From an uncultured bacterium (GTDB taxonomy: Bacteria; Bacteroidota; Rhodothermia; Balneolales; DATFMH01): 64,000 nt of DNA. Position 1 is the stretch's first letter, and every line of letters begins with the position of its first letter. Where the stretch lies: the NCBI GenBank assembly GCA_963712305.1, contig CAVQHI010000002.1, positions 1,212,836 to 1,276,835 of the forward strand, in the 5' to 3' direction. The notes under the pieces were generated by a model. The model was not told where the DNA came from and did no database searches. It saw only the letters and a program-made list of their open reading frames with translations. Shown one piece after another: positions 45,978-55,820 of the stretch. The position numbers were made by a program, and so were the translations under genes.

Positions 45978-47990
45978 ATGTTCCGGAAAATTTGTTACGT
46001 ATGCTCGGTATTGATTGTATTTTTTTGTTTTAAATGGACCCCTGATGCCTCGGCAAAACCAAATAAACCTGTCAAAGTTGATATTTGGTCTGGCAAAGCA
46101 TCGATTAATAATGGAATTGTCCAGGTTCAGTACCATAGCAATCCGTTAGAACTGATCGTCAGGAAGGGGAATAAAACAGTTTTCAAATCGGCGAGTGACG
46201 GATTCCTGTCATTTAAATCCAATAATAAAACTCATGACCTGCAGGGTTCAGATGAAATTCATCGGTTGTTCCAGGGATTTCGAACCGAATTGAAGACAAA
46301 GGATGGTCAGAAGGCTCAACTGCAAGTAACCCTGGATTCCAAAGGACAACTTCGAATTGAATTTACTCCGGAGGTGGATCATGTTGATGGAGTTACGGTG
46401 AATCTAAATCAGACGTCTGGCGAACATTACTATGGGTTAGGTGATGTCTGGCACACGAAACACGTCGACCTTAAGGGAAGCAGGGTCGTACTCTGGGATG
46501 AATCGGGGACTCCAGACCAGTGCAGTTACGTGCCTTTTTTCATGTCTACTGCCGGATACGGCATCTTTATGGATAATTCCTACTATGATTATGTAGATTT
46601 CAGCAAGGCAAATCAAAGTGAAACATCTATTCATTTTGATGCTTCATCATTGTCGATGCATTTATGGGTTGGAGACACCATGAAGGAAATTCTGCCACAA
46701 TACCTGAACCTGACCGGTCATCCTCCAATGCCACCCAAATGGACGTTTCTGCCCCAGCAATGGCGGGACGAAGGTACGTGGGATGATGTCTTCAAGGACG
46801 TTCACATGATGCAGCAAAATGATATGCCGCTTGGAGCCGTCTGGCTGGACCGACCCTGGATGCGCGGCGGATATGGAAGTGATGATTTCATTTTTGACGA
46901 GAAACGATATCCGGATGCAGAAAAACACATAAAAGAGCTTCATTCAATGGGGGTCCATCTGATTGTGTGGGGCTGCGATTTCCTGACCAGGGATTCCAAA
47001 TACTACAAAGAGGGCAAGAAGGATCATTATTTTGTAGGTGGATTTGGGGTCCATAATGAAGGCGTGGATAATGGGTTGCAGAGACATCTGATCGATTTTG
47101 CCAATCCGGCTGCCCGTGAGTGGTTTAAGGGCATCATCAAAAATGTTCTGAAAATGGGCGTGGACGGCATCAAGCTGGACAGGGGACAGAACTACCCGGT
47201 AAACGTGACCCCGCCAAGCGGACGAGATCCCAAAGCCATGCACAACTACCATGCGTATCTGATGGATAAAACCTATGCCGAAGCATTGCAGGAAGTTCGG
47301 GGCAATGATTACCAGTTTACTCCGCGCGCCGGATGGGCAGGCACACAGGCGTGGTCGATGAAGTGGCCTGGTGATATGGAAAGCAACTTTAGCAATGATC
47401 AGGGACTTCCTGCCGTTGTGCGGGCACAACAGACGGCGGCATTGACGGGTTTTGCATTCTGGGGTTCGGATATTGGGGGGTACGGAAGCAATCTGTCCAA
47501 AAACGTGTTCATCAGATGGCTGGAATTTGGCACGTTTAGTCCACTGATGGAAACCGCTGGTAAAGGTGATCATAATGATTCTCCATTTTCCTGGGACAAA
47601 ACGACAGTGACGATCTATAAATTTTATTCTCAATTACGGAAGAATATGATTCCCTACATCGAGGCCCAGGCTAAGAAAGCTCACGAAGAAGGAACCCCAA
47701 TTGTCCGGCCTCTTGCATGGGACTGGCCGGATGATTCAAAAGTTTTTTCTCTGGATTATGAGTATATGTTTGGACAAGATCTGTTGGTGGCACCGGTAGT
47801 TAACAAGACGAATAGCCGTGAAGTCTATCTTCCAAAAGGAAAGTGGATTGATTTTTGGGATCGTGATCGTGTAATTGAAGGGCCAATAATGTTGAATGAA
47901 AAGGTTCCCCTATGGAAGATCCCTCTCTTTATTCGGGCAGAATCACCGTTTAAGTTACCGTTGCCTGATGTGAGTTTATCCGGAAAGTAA
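45978..47990 (+). CDS. GH31 alpha-glycosidase (alpha-glucosidase/alpha-xylosidase-like)
   Basis: It has VWLDRPWM, GVDGIKLDRGQ (nucleophile region), WPGDMESNF, WGSDIGGY and VRPL..DWP, plus a signal peptide. Confidence 0.8.
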   Translation: MFRKICYVCSVLIVFFCFKWTPDASAKPNKPVKVDIWSGKASINNGIVQVQYHSNPLELIVRKGNKTVFKSASDGFLSFKSNNKTHDLQGSDEIHRLFQGFRTELKTKDGQKAQLQVTLDSKGQLRIEFTPEVDHVDGVTVNLNQTSGEHYYGLGDVWHTKHVDLKGSRVVLWDESGTPDQCSYVPFFMSTAGYGIFMDNSYYDYVDFSKANQSETSIHFDASSLSMHLWVGDTMKEILPQYLNLTGHPPMPPKWTFLPQQWRDEGTWDDVFKDVHMMQQNDMPLGAVWLDRPWMRGGYGSDDFIFDEKRYPDAEKHIKELHSMGVHLIVWGCDFLTRDSKYYKEGKKDHYFVGGFGVHNEGVDNGLQRHLIDFANPAAREWFKGIIKNVLKMGVDGIKLDRGQNYPVNVTPPSGRDPKAMHNYHAYLMDKTYAEALQEVRGNDYQFTPRAGWAGTQAWSMKWPGDMESNFSNDQGLPAVVRAQQTAALTGFAFWGSDIGGYGSNLSKNVFIRWLEFGTFSPLMETAGKGDHNDSPFSWDKTTVTIYKFYSQLRKNMIPYIEAQAKKAHEEGTPIVRPLAWDWPDDSKVFSLDYEYMFGQDLLVAPVVNKTNSREVYLPKGKWIDFWDRDRVIEGPIMLNEKVPLWKIPLFIRAESPFKLPLPDVSLSGK

Positions 47991-48215
47991 GTTATTGTCT
48001 GCGATAGAACATCTTGATCTTACCGCTTTTTTATTCATTATGGAGAGGCTGTAGTACACTGGAGATCATCGTGAAGGATAATTCCATTTAGAATATGTAC
48101 ATTCAATTCACACTATAAATAGTACATCTTGTATCAAGCTCTGGATTCCGGTTTAATCTATGATGGCTATTAAGATGTTAACCTGATAACCTATATACAG
48201 GGTGAGGGAACAAGG

Positions 48216-50210
48216 ATGATGATGTCGCGATTCAATGTATTAACCATATCCATACTATTGATCGCAGTTATTAGCCAACCAGCTGATGCGCAGGAAAATA
48301 ATGGCTGGATACCTTTAGCTAAAAAGTATTCATTGCGTGATTTGTCGTCAATTATCATCCCAAGAGAACAATGGCACCCCTATCCATCGGTTCAAGATCC
48401 GGCTGGCTTTGGTAAAGTTCCGGAGGATGTCAAACAAGAATACATAAAAGAAGGGGAGTCGTTGTTAAACGCAAAATGGCCAAGACTGCCGGCAACCACC
48501 TTCCTTGAGTTCAAAAGAAACGGCAACAGATCTAATTATGAGAGATTGTCCTTTCAGCGACGCCAAATGTTGGCCAAACTTGTTCTGGCGGAGTCTTTTG
48601 AAAGGAAAGGCCGGTTTGTAGACCAGATTATTAACGGAATATGGGCGATTTGCGAAGAGTCGTTTTGGGGAGTTCCTGCTCATTTGTCGTTGCAGAAAGA
48701 AGGACCCGGCCTGCCTGATGTTGAACATCCTGTAGTCGATCTTTTCGCGGCCGAAACGGCTCAGGAGATGGCCTGGACCTATTACCTTCTTAAACCTGAA
48801 CTGGATAGTGTGAATCCTCTCGTAGCTGTCAGGATAGAATACGAAACACAAAGGAGGATTTTTATCCCGTACCTCGAACATAATGACTGGGGATATCTCG
48901 GGTTTGAATGGCGAAGCAATCCTGAAAAGTATAACCGAGTCAATAACTGGAACCCGTGGATTAATTCGAATGTGTTGTCAGCTGCGTTAGTGCTCGCTAA
49001 AGATCCGGATACGCGGTTGAAGCTTGTGTACAAGACTATGGACAGCATCGATAATTTCGTCATTCCATATCCGGCAGATGGCGGAAGTGACGAAGGACCC
49101 GAATACTGGGGAAGAGCGGCCGGCAGCTTGCTCGATTACCTGGAAATTCTAAAAAGCGCTTCTGGTGGAAAGATTGATTATTTCAATCAGTCTGTCATTA
49201 AGAAGATGGGTGAATATATCTATAAGACGAATATCAGTTATCCCTATTACGTCAACTATGGAGACGCCGATGCAAAGATGGAAATGGATCCAACCTTGCT
49301 TTACAGGTTTGGCAAATCGTCGCATGATTCATTGCTCACCCATTTTGCAGCATTTGAGTACGGAAAACAGACGCGGAATGGATTGTCCTCGGTCCTGGAT
49401 TATCCTTTCGGTGCATTGAACAGGGCACTTCCCGCTTTAATGTGTCTTGCTGATCTGCAGGATATCAAACCCGAAGAGCCTTTGATCAGAGACAGTTGGT
49501 TTCCCGAAATTCAGATCATGACAGCACGTTCGAAACAGGGAACATCAGATGGTTTTTATGTGATGGCAAAGGCTGGAAATAACGGTGTGAGTCACAATCA
49601 CAATGATGCCGGTAATTACATTGTCTACTACAATGGAAATCCTTTGCTGATTGATGCAGGGGCACAAGACTATACCGCTAAAACATTCAGCAGCAGGCGC
49701 TATGAACTTTGGAACAACCAATCCCGATATCATAATTTGCCCGATATAAACGGAATTATGCAGCACAATGGAAAACAGTTTAAGGCAACAGATATTTCAT
49801 ACACCGAAAATAACAGGAAGGCCACGCTAAAGTTAAATATTGCAGGAGCTTATCCTGATTCTGCATTTATAGATAAATGGGTTCGTACTATTACCCTGAA
49901 TCGCAATAAGAATGTTGAGGTAAGCGAGAATTATTCTCTTGGCAAATTTATCAAACCTGTTGCAGAAAACTTTCTGACTCCATGCAAGCCGGATATCAGT
50001 ACGGCCGGGAAAATTGCTTTGCCTGATCCTGATAGTGGTCATACCTGCTACATTGAATATGACAGCCATAAGTTTACTCCCAGTGTAGATGTCCGTACGA
50101 TTAATGATCATCGCATGAGACGTAATTGGGGAAGCACTTTATACCATATCGTGTTGCATTCTGTAAGTCGTAGTTCGCATGATCGTTTTACGTTAAAAAT
50201 TACGAGTTAG
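48216..50210 (+). CDS. Heparinase II/III-like protein (polysaccharide-lyase-like)
   Basis: The C-terminal Hepar_II_III signature is GVSHNHNDAGNYIVYYNGNPLLIDAG, preceded by an N-terminal alpha/alpha-toroid-like region. A signal peptide is present. Confidence 0.65.
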   Translation: MMMSRFNVLTISILLIAVISQPADAQENNGWIPLAKKYSLRDLSSIIIPREQWHPYPSVQDPAGFGKVPEDVKQEYIKEGESLLNAKWPRLPATTFLEFKRNGNRSNYERLSFQRRQMLAKLVLAESFERKGRFVDQIINGIWAICEESFWGVPAHLSLQKEGPGLPDVEHPVVDLFAAETAQEMAWTYYLLKPELDSVNPLVAVRIEYETQRRIFIPYLEHNDWGYLGFEWRSNPEKYNRVNNWNPWINSNVLSAALVLAKDPDTRLKLVYKTMDSIDNFVIPYPADGGSDEGPEYWGRAAGSLLDYLEILKSASGGKIDYFNQSVIKKMGEYIYKTNISYPYYVNYGDADAKMEMDPTLLYRFGKSSHDSLLTHFAAFEYGKQTRNGLSSVLDYPFGALNRALPALMCLADLQDIKPEEPLIRDSWFPEIQIMTARSKQGTSDGFYVMAKAGNNGVSHNHNDAGNYIVYYNGNPLLIDAGAQDYTAKTFSSRRYELWNNQSRYHNLPDINGIMQHNGKQFKATDISYTENNRKATLKLNIAGAYPDSAFIDKWVRTITLNRNKNVEVSENYSLGKFIKPVAENFLTPCKPDISTAGKIALPDPDSGHTCYIEYDSHKFTPSVDVRTINDHRMRRNWGSTLYHIVLHSVSRSSHDRFTLKITS

Positions 50211-50337
50211 GCATGGGAGTGAGATTCCATTTATTTCTACGCAAATGATTTATGGTACTTTGCCATGATCAGGTTGAATCTCGTAGAACAATTGTAAATT
50301 TTCATTTGATGATATCAATACAAAAGCTGGAGTTAAT

Positions 50338-52791
50338 GTGATAAGATTAATAATACTGTTGTTTGCGTTACCGGTAACCACTTTTATTGGTCACTCTGCC
50401 AATCACAATTCATCGATTAAGAATTTGCTGATCAGTAAGCCTGATTCTATCTATCACAAGGGCTGGATTGATTTGAACAAGAACGGAAAGATGGATCCTT
50501 ATGAAAATCAATCGTTGCCTATTGAAAAAAGGATCGATGATCTGGTCTCGCGAATGAATGTAAACGAAAAAACAGCGCAGATGGTGACGCTGTATGGTTA
50601 CGGTCGTGTTTTGAAGGATGAGCTTCCCAATGATCTCTGGCTTGGGGAACCATGGTCGGATGGAATTGGAAACATCGACGAGCAGTTGAACAGCGTGGCT
50701 TACCACCCGAATGCGCAGACCAAATTGTCATGGCCGCCGTCCCGCCACGCCAAAGCGATGAACGAGATCCAAAAGTTCTTCATCGAACAGACCAGGCTTG
50801 GTATTCCAGCTGATTTTACGAATGAAGGCATCCGGGGACTGGCGAGTGAAAAAGCCACGAGTTTTCCCGCGGAGATTGGTGTGGGAAGTTCATGGGATGT
50901 AGATCTTGTTAATAAGATCGGTCATGTTGTTGGTAAGGAAGCCCACGCACTGGGATATACGAATATTTATTCACCGATCCTTGGTGTATCCCGTGATCCG
51001 CGCTGGGGGCGTGTTGTCGAAACATTTGGTGAAGATCCGTATCTGAACGCGCAGTATGGTGTCGCGACAGTCACCGGAATCCAGGATGAAGGCGTGGCAT
51101 CAACACTCAAACACTTTGCGGTGTATAGTGAACCCAAAGGCGGGAGAGACGGCGATGCACGTACCGATCCACATGTGACGCCCCGCGATGTCTATACCAT
51201 ATTTTTGCCGCCGTTCGAAGCAGCAGTCAAGGCCGGTGCGCTCGGCATCATGAGCTCGTACAATGATTATAATGGGATTCCAATAACAGGCAGCTATCAT
51301 TTCCTGACCCAGATACTTAGGCAACAATGGGGTTTTAAAGGATATATCGTTACTGACAGCGGCGCTCTCCAATACATTTATGAGAAGCATCATGTGGCAT
51401 CTGACTTCAAAGGAGCTATTAAACAGGCTGTCGAAGCCGGGGTGAATGTGCGAACCAACTTCCAGCCGCCCTCGGTTTATCTCGATCCGTTGCGTGAGTT
51501 AGTGAATGATGGCGAAATCCCTATGAGTGTCATCAATGAACGCGTCCGTCAGATTCTGTATGTGAAATTTAAACTCGGACTTTTCGATCATCCCTACGTG
51601 GATGTTCAGGGAGCAGACAGCCTGGTCCGCACAAAACAATCAGAGACCCTGGCGCTTAGGGCTGCTCATGAATCGCTCGTGTTGCTCAAGAATCAGAATA
51701 ATGTATTGCCGCTGAATAAAAATAAGATTCGCTCCATTCTGGTAACGGGTGCTAATGCAACGGAAACAGACCATTCGGTGAGCCGATACGGACCTTCCCA
51801 TATTAATGTTATCTCAACTCTGGATGGCATAAAAAGCGAAGTGGGAAAAAATGTCAGGGTAACCTACGTGAAAGGACCCGAAGTGACCGACAAAGACTGG
51901 CCGGTCAGTGATATCGAAGAGACTCCTTTAAGCAAGGAAGAAAAGAGTGAGATTGCCAAAGCTGTAGCCGCTGCCCGTAAATCAGATGTTGCCATTGTTG
52001 TGGTTGGCGAGAATCGAAAAACGGTCGGCGAAGGACACTCCCGTGTCAGTCTTAATTTGCCGGGACATCAGCTCCAACTGGTTCAGTCCTTGTATAATAC
52101 GGGTACACCAACTGTTGTTGTGCTGTTGAACGGACGCCCGTTGTCTATTAATTGGATAAACGACCATGTGCCGGGTATTCTCGAAGCATGGTTCCCGGGT
52201 GAGAAAGAAGGGGAGGCCATTGCCGACGCCTTGTTTGGCGACTACAATCCGGGAGGGAAACTCCCGATCACGTTTCCCAAAACAGTGGGCCAGGTTCCGC
52301 TTAATTTTCCCTACATGCCGGCAAGCCAGGAAGAATCCAATGCCAAACCTGCCGCGGCCCGTGTCACTGGTCCGCTCTATCCGTTTGGTTATGGGTTGAG
52401 TTACACGTCATTCCAGTACAGCGACCTGAAAATTAGTCCTGAGAAACAGAATACGGGTGGAAGAATACAGGTAAGCCTGAATGTAAAAAACACCGGGCGA
52501 CGGAAGGGAGATGAAGTTGTGCAGCTCTATTTGCATGAACAGACAGCCCCGGTTATCGTGCCCGTTAAGGTATTGCGCGGTTTCGATCGCATCACACTTG
52601 ACCCGGGCGAGACTAAACAGGTCACCTTCAATTTAACACCTCACGATTTTCAGCTTCTCGATAAAAATATGAATTGGGAAGTGGTGCCCGGCACATTTGA
52701 CGTTATGGTAGGCAGCTCCTCAGAAGATATCCGTGCGAAAGGACAGTTAACGATTACTGGTTCTGTTTCAAATAAAGCTTATGGGATGTAA
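50338..52791 (+). CDS. GH3 beta-glucosidase/beta-xylosidase (BglX-like)
   Basis: It has GVSRDPRWGRVVETFGEDP, KHFAVYSEP, the nucleophile context YIVTDSGAL, and a C-terminal Fn3-like EVVQLYLHE..VLRGF. The start is GTG. Confidence 0.9.
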   Translation: MIRLIILLFALPVTTFIGHSANHNSSIKNLLISKPDSIYHKGWIDLNKNGKMDPYENQSLPIEKRIDDLVSRMNVNEKTAQMVTLYGYGRVLKDELPNDLWLGEPWSDGIGNIDEQLNSVAYHPNAQTKLSWPPSRHAKAMNEIQKFFIEQTRLGIPADFTNEGIRGLASEKATSFPAEIGVGSSWDVDLVNKIGHVVGKEAHALGYTNIYSPILGVSRDPRWGRVVETFGEDPYLNAQYGVATVTGIQDEGVASTLKHFAVYSEPKGGRDGDARTDPHVTPRDVYTIFLPPFEAAVKAGALGIMSSYNDYNGIPITGSYHFLTQILRQQWGFKGYIVTDSGALQYIYEKHHVASDFKGAIKQAVEAGVNVRTNFQPPSVYLDPLRELVNDGEIPMSVINERVRQILYVKFKLGLFDHPYVDVQGADSLVRTKQSETLALRAAHESLVLLKNQNNVLPLNKNKIRSILVTGANATETDHSVSRYGPSHINVISTLDGIKSEVGKNVRVTYVKGPEVTDKDWPVSDIEETPLSKEEKSEIAKAVAAARKSDVAIVVVGENRKTVGEGHSRVSLNLPGHQLQLVQSLYNTGTPTVVVLLNGRPLSINWINDHVPGILEAWFPGEKEGEAIADALFGDYNPGGKLPITFPKTVGQVPLNFPYMPASQEESNAKPAAARVTGPLYPFGYGLSYTSFQYSDLKISPEKQNTGGRIQVSLNVKNTGRRKGDEVVQLYLHEQTAPVIVPVKVLRGFDRITLDPGETKQVTFNLTPHDFQLLDKNMNWEVVPGTFDVMVGSSSEDIRAKGQLTITGSVSNKAYGM
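50367..50378. promoter_or_regulatory. Perfect palindrome GTTACCGGTAAC inside the first 14 codons of the GH3 gene
   Basis: It matches the idealised core of the ATGTTACCG sites. It lies 30 nt downstream of the GTG start, so it may be coincidental. Confidence 0.25.
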
Positions 52792-52804
52792 AACTCTTAC
52801 CCCT

Positions 52805-52824
52805 AAATCCCCTTAAGGGGATTT
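52805..52824 (+). terminator. Hairpin AAATCCCC-TTAA-GGGGATTT followed by TTGTTGTTG
   Basis: It is a perfect 8-bp stem located 14 nt after the GH3 stop, with a T-rich tail. Confidence 0.65.
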
Positions 52825-52851
52825 TTGTTGTTGAATTTTTCCACGTTTCCT

Positions 52852-52898
52852 CGTTCCCAAGCTCTGCCTGGGAACGCAACTCGGGAAGCTCTGCTTCC
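52852..52898 (+). repeat. Twin GC-rich hairpins sharing AAGCTCTGC
   Basis: One hairpin is CGTTCCCA-agctctgcc-TGGGAACG (52852-52876) and the other is GGAAGC-tct-GCTTCC (52884-52898). The 9-mer AAGCTCTGC occurs in both. Confidence 0.5.
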
Positions 52899-53060
52899 TT
52901 GTTTCTTAGGGGAAAATAAATGAAGCAGTTATGTTGAAATGATAATTGGTATCGATTATCAAAACCCCCTTTATGTGATTTAGGGGTAAAAAAACAGGTA
53001 GCATTGAGAACCGAGCGTCTCTTATTTAAAAGAATGTAGAATTAAAGAATTGATTATATC

Positions 53061-54320
53061 ATGGACCGCAAAGACTTTATCAAAAAAGCCGGCCTCTTTG
53101 GGGTTGGAAGCACAGTATCATTAGGCTCTATAACAAGAAAAGGCAGCTTTGGAATTCTGTCTGAAAAGGATTCGCAGTCGGACAGGGAGTACTGGATCAG
53201 CGTCATGCGAAAAATATCAGATCCCGTTCTTAATGCATTGTCACAAAGAAAACTGAGAAAGCTGATGCCGGTTGAAACGGTGCCGGGTTCCCATGACGAC
53301 CGAAGGGTGTTTACTCACCTTGAGGCTTTTGGCAGACTTATGACCGGTATCGCTCCATGGCTTGAATTAGGCGTTGACGATTCTGAAGAAGGAAAAATCA
53401 GGACAAAATATATTGATCTCGCGCGGAAGTCTCTGGAAGCCTCTGTTGATCCGAAATCACCGGATTTTCTCAATTTTGATAAAGGCCGCCAGCCGCTGGT
53501 GGATGCCGCATTCCTTGCCCATGCGTTAATTAAAGCACCAAAAGTGCTTTGGGAGAAGTCATCAGATACGACACGCGATAATCTTGTCAAAGCGTTAAAA
53601 TCGAGCCGGACGATTGTTCCCTATCACAGCAACTGGATCCTGTTCAGCGCTATGGTAGAAGCAGCTTTGATGAAGTTTGATGCAGGAGGTGATAAAGTCC
53701 GCATGGATCTGGCGGTTAAACAAATGGATGCCTGGTATCTTGGCGATGGCGTTTATGGCGATGGACCTATGTTCCATTGGGATTATTACAACAGCTATGT
53801 GATTCAGCCCTTCATGCTTGATATTTTGGATGTCATGCGTAATCATGATCATTCATATAATGGGTTATACCAGAAAAACAGGAAAATCAGCCAGCGATAT
53901 GCCGAGCAATTGCTCGGAGTAATCGCTCCGGATGGCACTTACCCGCCGATTGGCAGATCTATTACCTATCGGTTCGGAGCTTTCCAATTACTGGCCCAGG
54001 TGGCGTGGGAACAATTTCTTCCCGAAAGAATGTCTCCCGCTCAGGTTCGGTCTGCTTTGACGGCTGTCATCAAAAAAATTATGGAAGCACCGGACAATTT
54101 TGATAAAAACGGATGGCTCCAACTTGGCGTTTACGGTCACCAGCCCCACCTGGCCGAGACCTACATTTCAACAGGAAGTTTGTATTTATGTTCAGCTGCT
54201 TTTCTGCCACTTGGTTTAAAACCCGATGATGTGTTTTGGGCCGGGAAAGAATCCGACTGGAGAACGAAGGAAATATGGAAAGGAAAGGATATCCCTGCAG
54301 ATCATCACCTGAATGTGTAG
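53061..54320 (+). CDS. DUF2264-like protein (uncharacterised PUL-associated; possibly a glycoside hydrolase)
   Basis: The leader MDRKDFIKKAGLFGVGS is Tat-like. REYWISVMRKISDPVL, DGTYPPIGRSITYRFGAF and YISTGSLYLC resemble what I recall of DUF2264 (PF10022) proteins. This is not verified. Confidence 0.5.
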   Translation: MDRKDFIKKAGLFGVGSTVSLGSITRKGSFGILSEKDSQSDREYWISVMRKISDPVLNALSQRKLRKLMPVETVPGSHDDRRVFTHLEAFGRLMTGIAPWLELGVDDSEEGKIRTKYIDLARKSLEASVDPKSPDFLNFDKGRQPLVDAAFLAHALIKAPKVLWEKSSDTTRDNLVKALKSSRTIVPYHSNWILFSAMVEAALMKFDAGGDKVRMDLAVKQMDAWYLGDGVYGDGPMFHWDYYNSYVIQPFMLDILDVMRNHDHSYNGLYQKNRKISQRYAEQLLGVIAPDGTYPPIGRSITYRFGAFQLLAQVAWEQFLPERMSPAQVRSALTAVIKKIMEAPDNFDKNGWLQLGVYGHQPHLAETYISTGSLYLCSAAFLPLGLKPDDVFWAGKESDWRTKEIWKGKDIPADHHLNV

Positions 54321-54494
54321 ATCGGTTGAGAGCCGATTCCTATTAAATGATTGAGCACTCCGGTTTCAATTATATCTCGATATCGCTTTGTCTATGTTAG
54401 CGTTAAAAAGTAAATTCGGGTTAGTTCTCGCAGAGTAACGCGGATGACACGCTGAGTTTCTCAGATATTAGAGATTAATGAATCCATTTACAGA

Positions 54495-55820
54495 ATGCCT
54501 GATATCCTGAAAGATGATTTTGTTATTACAGATGTCCATGTAAAGGATATCCGCTTTCCAACATCCAGGAACCTGGATGGATCGGATGCCATGAACCCGG
54601 AGCCGGACTATTCGGCGACTTATGTCATTCTTCAGACGAATAGGGATGATCATTTGGAAGGGCATGGCCTGGCTTTCACCGTTGGCAGGGGGAATGAAAT
54701 CTGTGTGAAAGCGGTCGAGGCCCTGATACCGTTTGTGAAGGGCCGGTCGATGAAATCCATCCTGTTGGATATGGCAGGGTTTTGGCATACGCTTACAGGC
54801 GATAGCCAGATACGGTGGCTGGGACCGGAGAAAGGAGCGGTTCACATGGCCGCTGCGGCCGTCATCAATGCTGTCTGGGACTTGTATGCTAAAATCTTGG
54901 GTAAGCCACTTTGGAAGGTACTGGTGGATATGACGCCGGAGGAATTGATCTCTTGTATCGATTTCAGTTATATCAGGGATGCCCTCGATGAAGATGAAGC
55001 CCTCGAAATCCTGAAGAAGAACACCGCTTCGAAAGCTGCAAGGGAAAAAAATATCCGCGAGAAAGGATACCCGGCCTATACTACTTCCATCGGCTGGCTA
55101 GGATATTCTGATGATAAGGTCCGCCGTTTATGCAGGGAAGCACTAGCTGAGGGCTGGACCAGTTTCAAGATGAAAGTGGGCAGTAATGTAGACGACGATA
55201 TCCGGCGTGCGAAAATCATCAGGGAAGAAATTGGCTATGATCATAAACTGATGATGGATGCCAACCAGAAATGGGGAATTGAAGAGGCGATCTCTTACAT
55301 GAAGCAGCTTGCCGAATTCAAACCTCACTGGATTGAAGAACCCACCAGTCCAGACGAAATACTTGGACATGCCGCGATAAGAAAGGCCCTGTCACCTATC
55401 GGAGTGGCTACGGGCGAGCATGTGCACAACCGTATCATGTTCAAGCAGTTGTTTCAGGCCAATGCCATAGATTTTTGTCAGATCGATAGCTGCCGTCTTG
55501 CCGGTGTTAATGAAGTTGTAGCCGTTCTGCTGATGGCAGCGAAATTTGGCATTCCGGTGTGTCCGCATGCCGGTGGTGTGGGACTCTGCGAGTATGTGCA
55601 GCATCTCTCCATATTTGACTACATTGCAGTAAGTGGTTCACTTGAGAACCGCATGATCGAATATGTGGATCATCTGCATGAACATTTTTTTGATCCGGTA
55701 GATATTGAACAAGGTCATTATATGGCTCCTGATAAACCCGGATACAGTATCACCATGAAAACTGAAACATTGAAAGCCTACGAATTTCCAGTAGGTAAAA
55801 TCTGGAAGGAAGAAAAATAA
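54495..55820 (+). CDS. fucD: L-fuconate dehydratase (enolase superfamily)
   Basis: There is a near-continuous match to my memory of Xanthomonas FucD: DVRFPTSR.LDGSDAMNP.PDYSA.YV, LRWLGPEKG, GYPAYTTS.GWLGYSD, FK.KVG, DANQ.W, WIEEPTSPD..LGHA, STGEH and HAGGVGLCE.VQHL. Confidence 0.92.
   Translation: MPDILKDDFVITDVHVKDIRFPTSRNLDGSDAMNPEPDYSATYVILQTNRDDHLEGHGLAFTVGRGNEICVKAVEALIPFVKGRSMKSILLDMAGFWHTLTGDSQIRWLGPEKGAVHMAAAAVINAVWDLYAKILGKPLWKVLVDMTPEELISCIDFSYIRDALDEDEALEILKKNTASKAAREKNIREKGYPAYTTSIGWLGYSDDKVRRLCREALAEGWTSFKMKVGSNVDDDIRRAKIIREEIGYDHKLMMDANQKWGIEEAISYMKQLAEFKPHWIEEPTSPDEILGHAAIRKALSPIGVATGEHVHNRIMFKQLFQANAIDFCQIDSCRLAGVNEVVAVLLMAAKFGIPVCPHAGGVGLCEYVQHLSIFDYIAVSGSLENRMIEYVDHLHEHFFDPVDIEQGHYMAPDKPGYSITMKTETLKAYEFPVGKIWKEEK

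Noticed and set aside
46944-47633. 229-aa minus-strand ORF antisense to the GH31 gene. Similar long antisense ORFs occur at 24978-25487, 19974-20570, 40719-41192, 5087-5551, 3429-3821, 4467-4886, 45232-45660 and 56649-57077.
   Set aside because: Each lies entirely within a well-supported gene on the other strand. Their translations are low-complexity or Arg/Ser/Cys-rich with no recognisable motifs. They are shadow ORFs.
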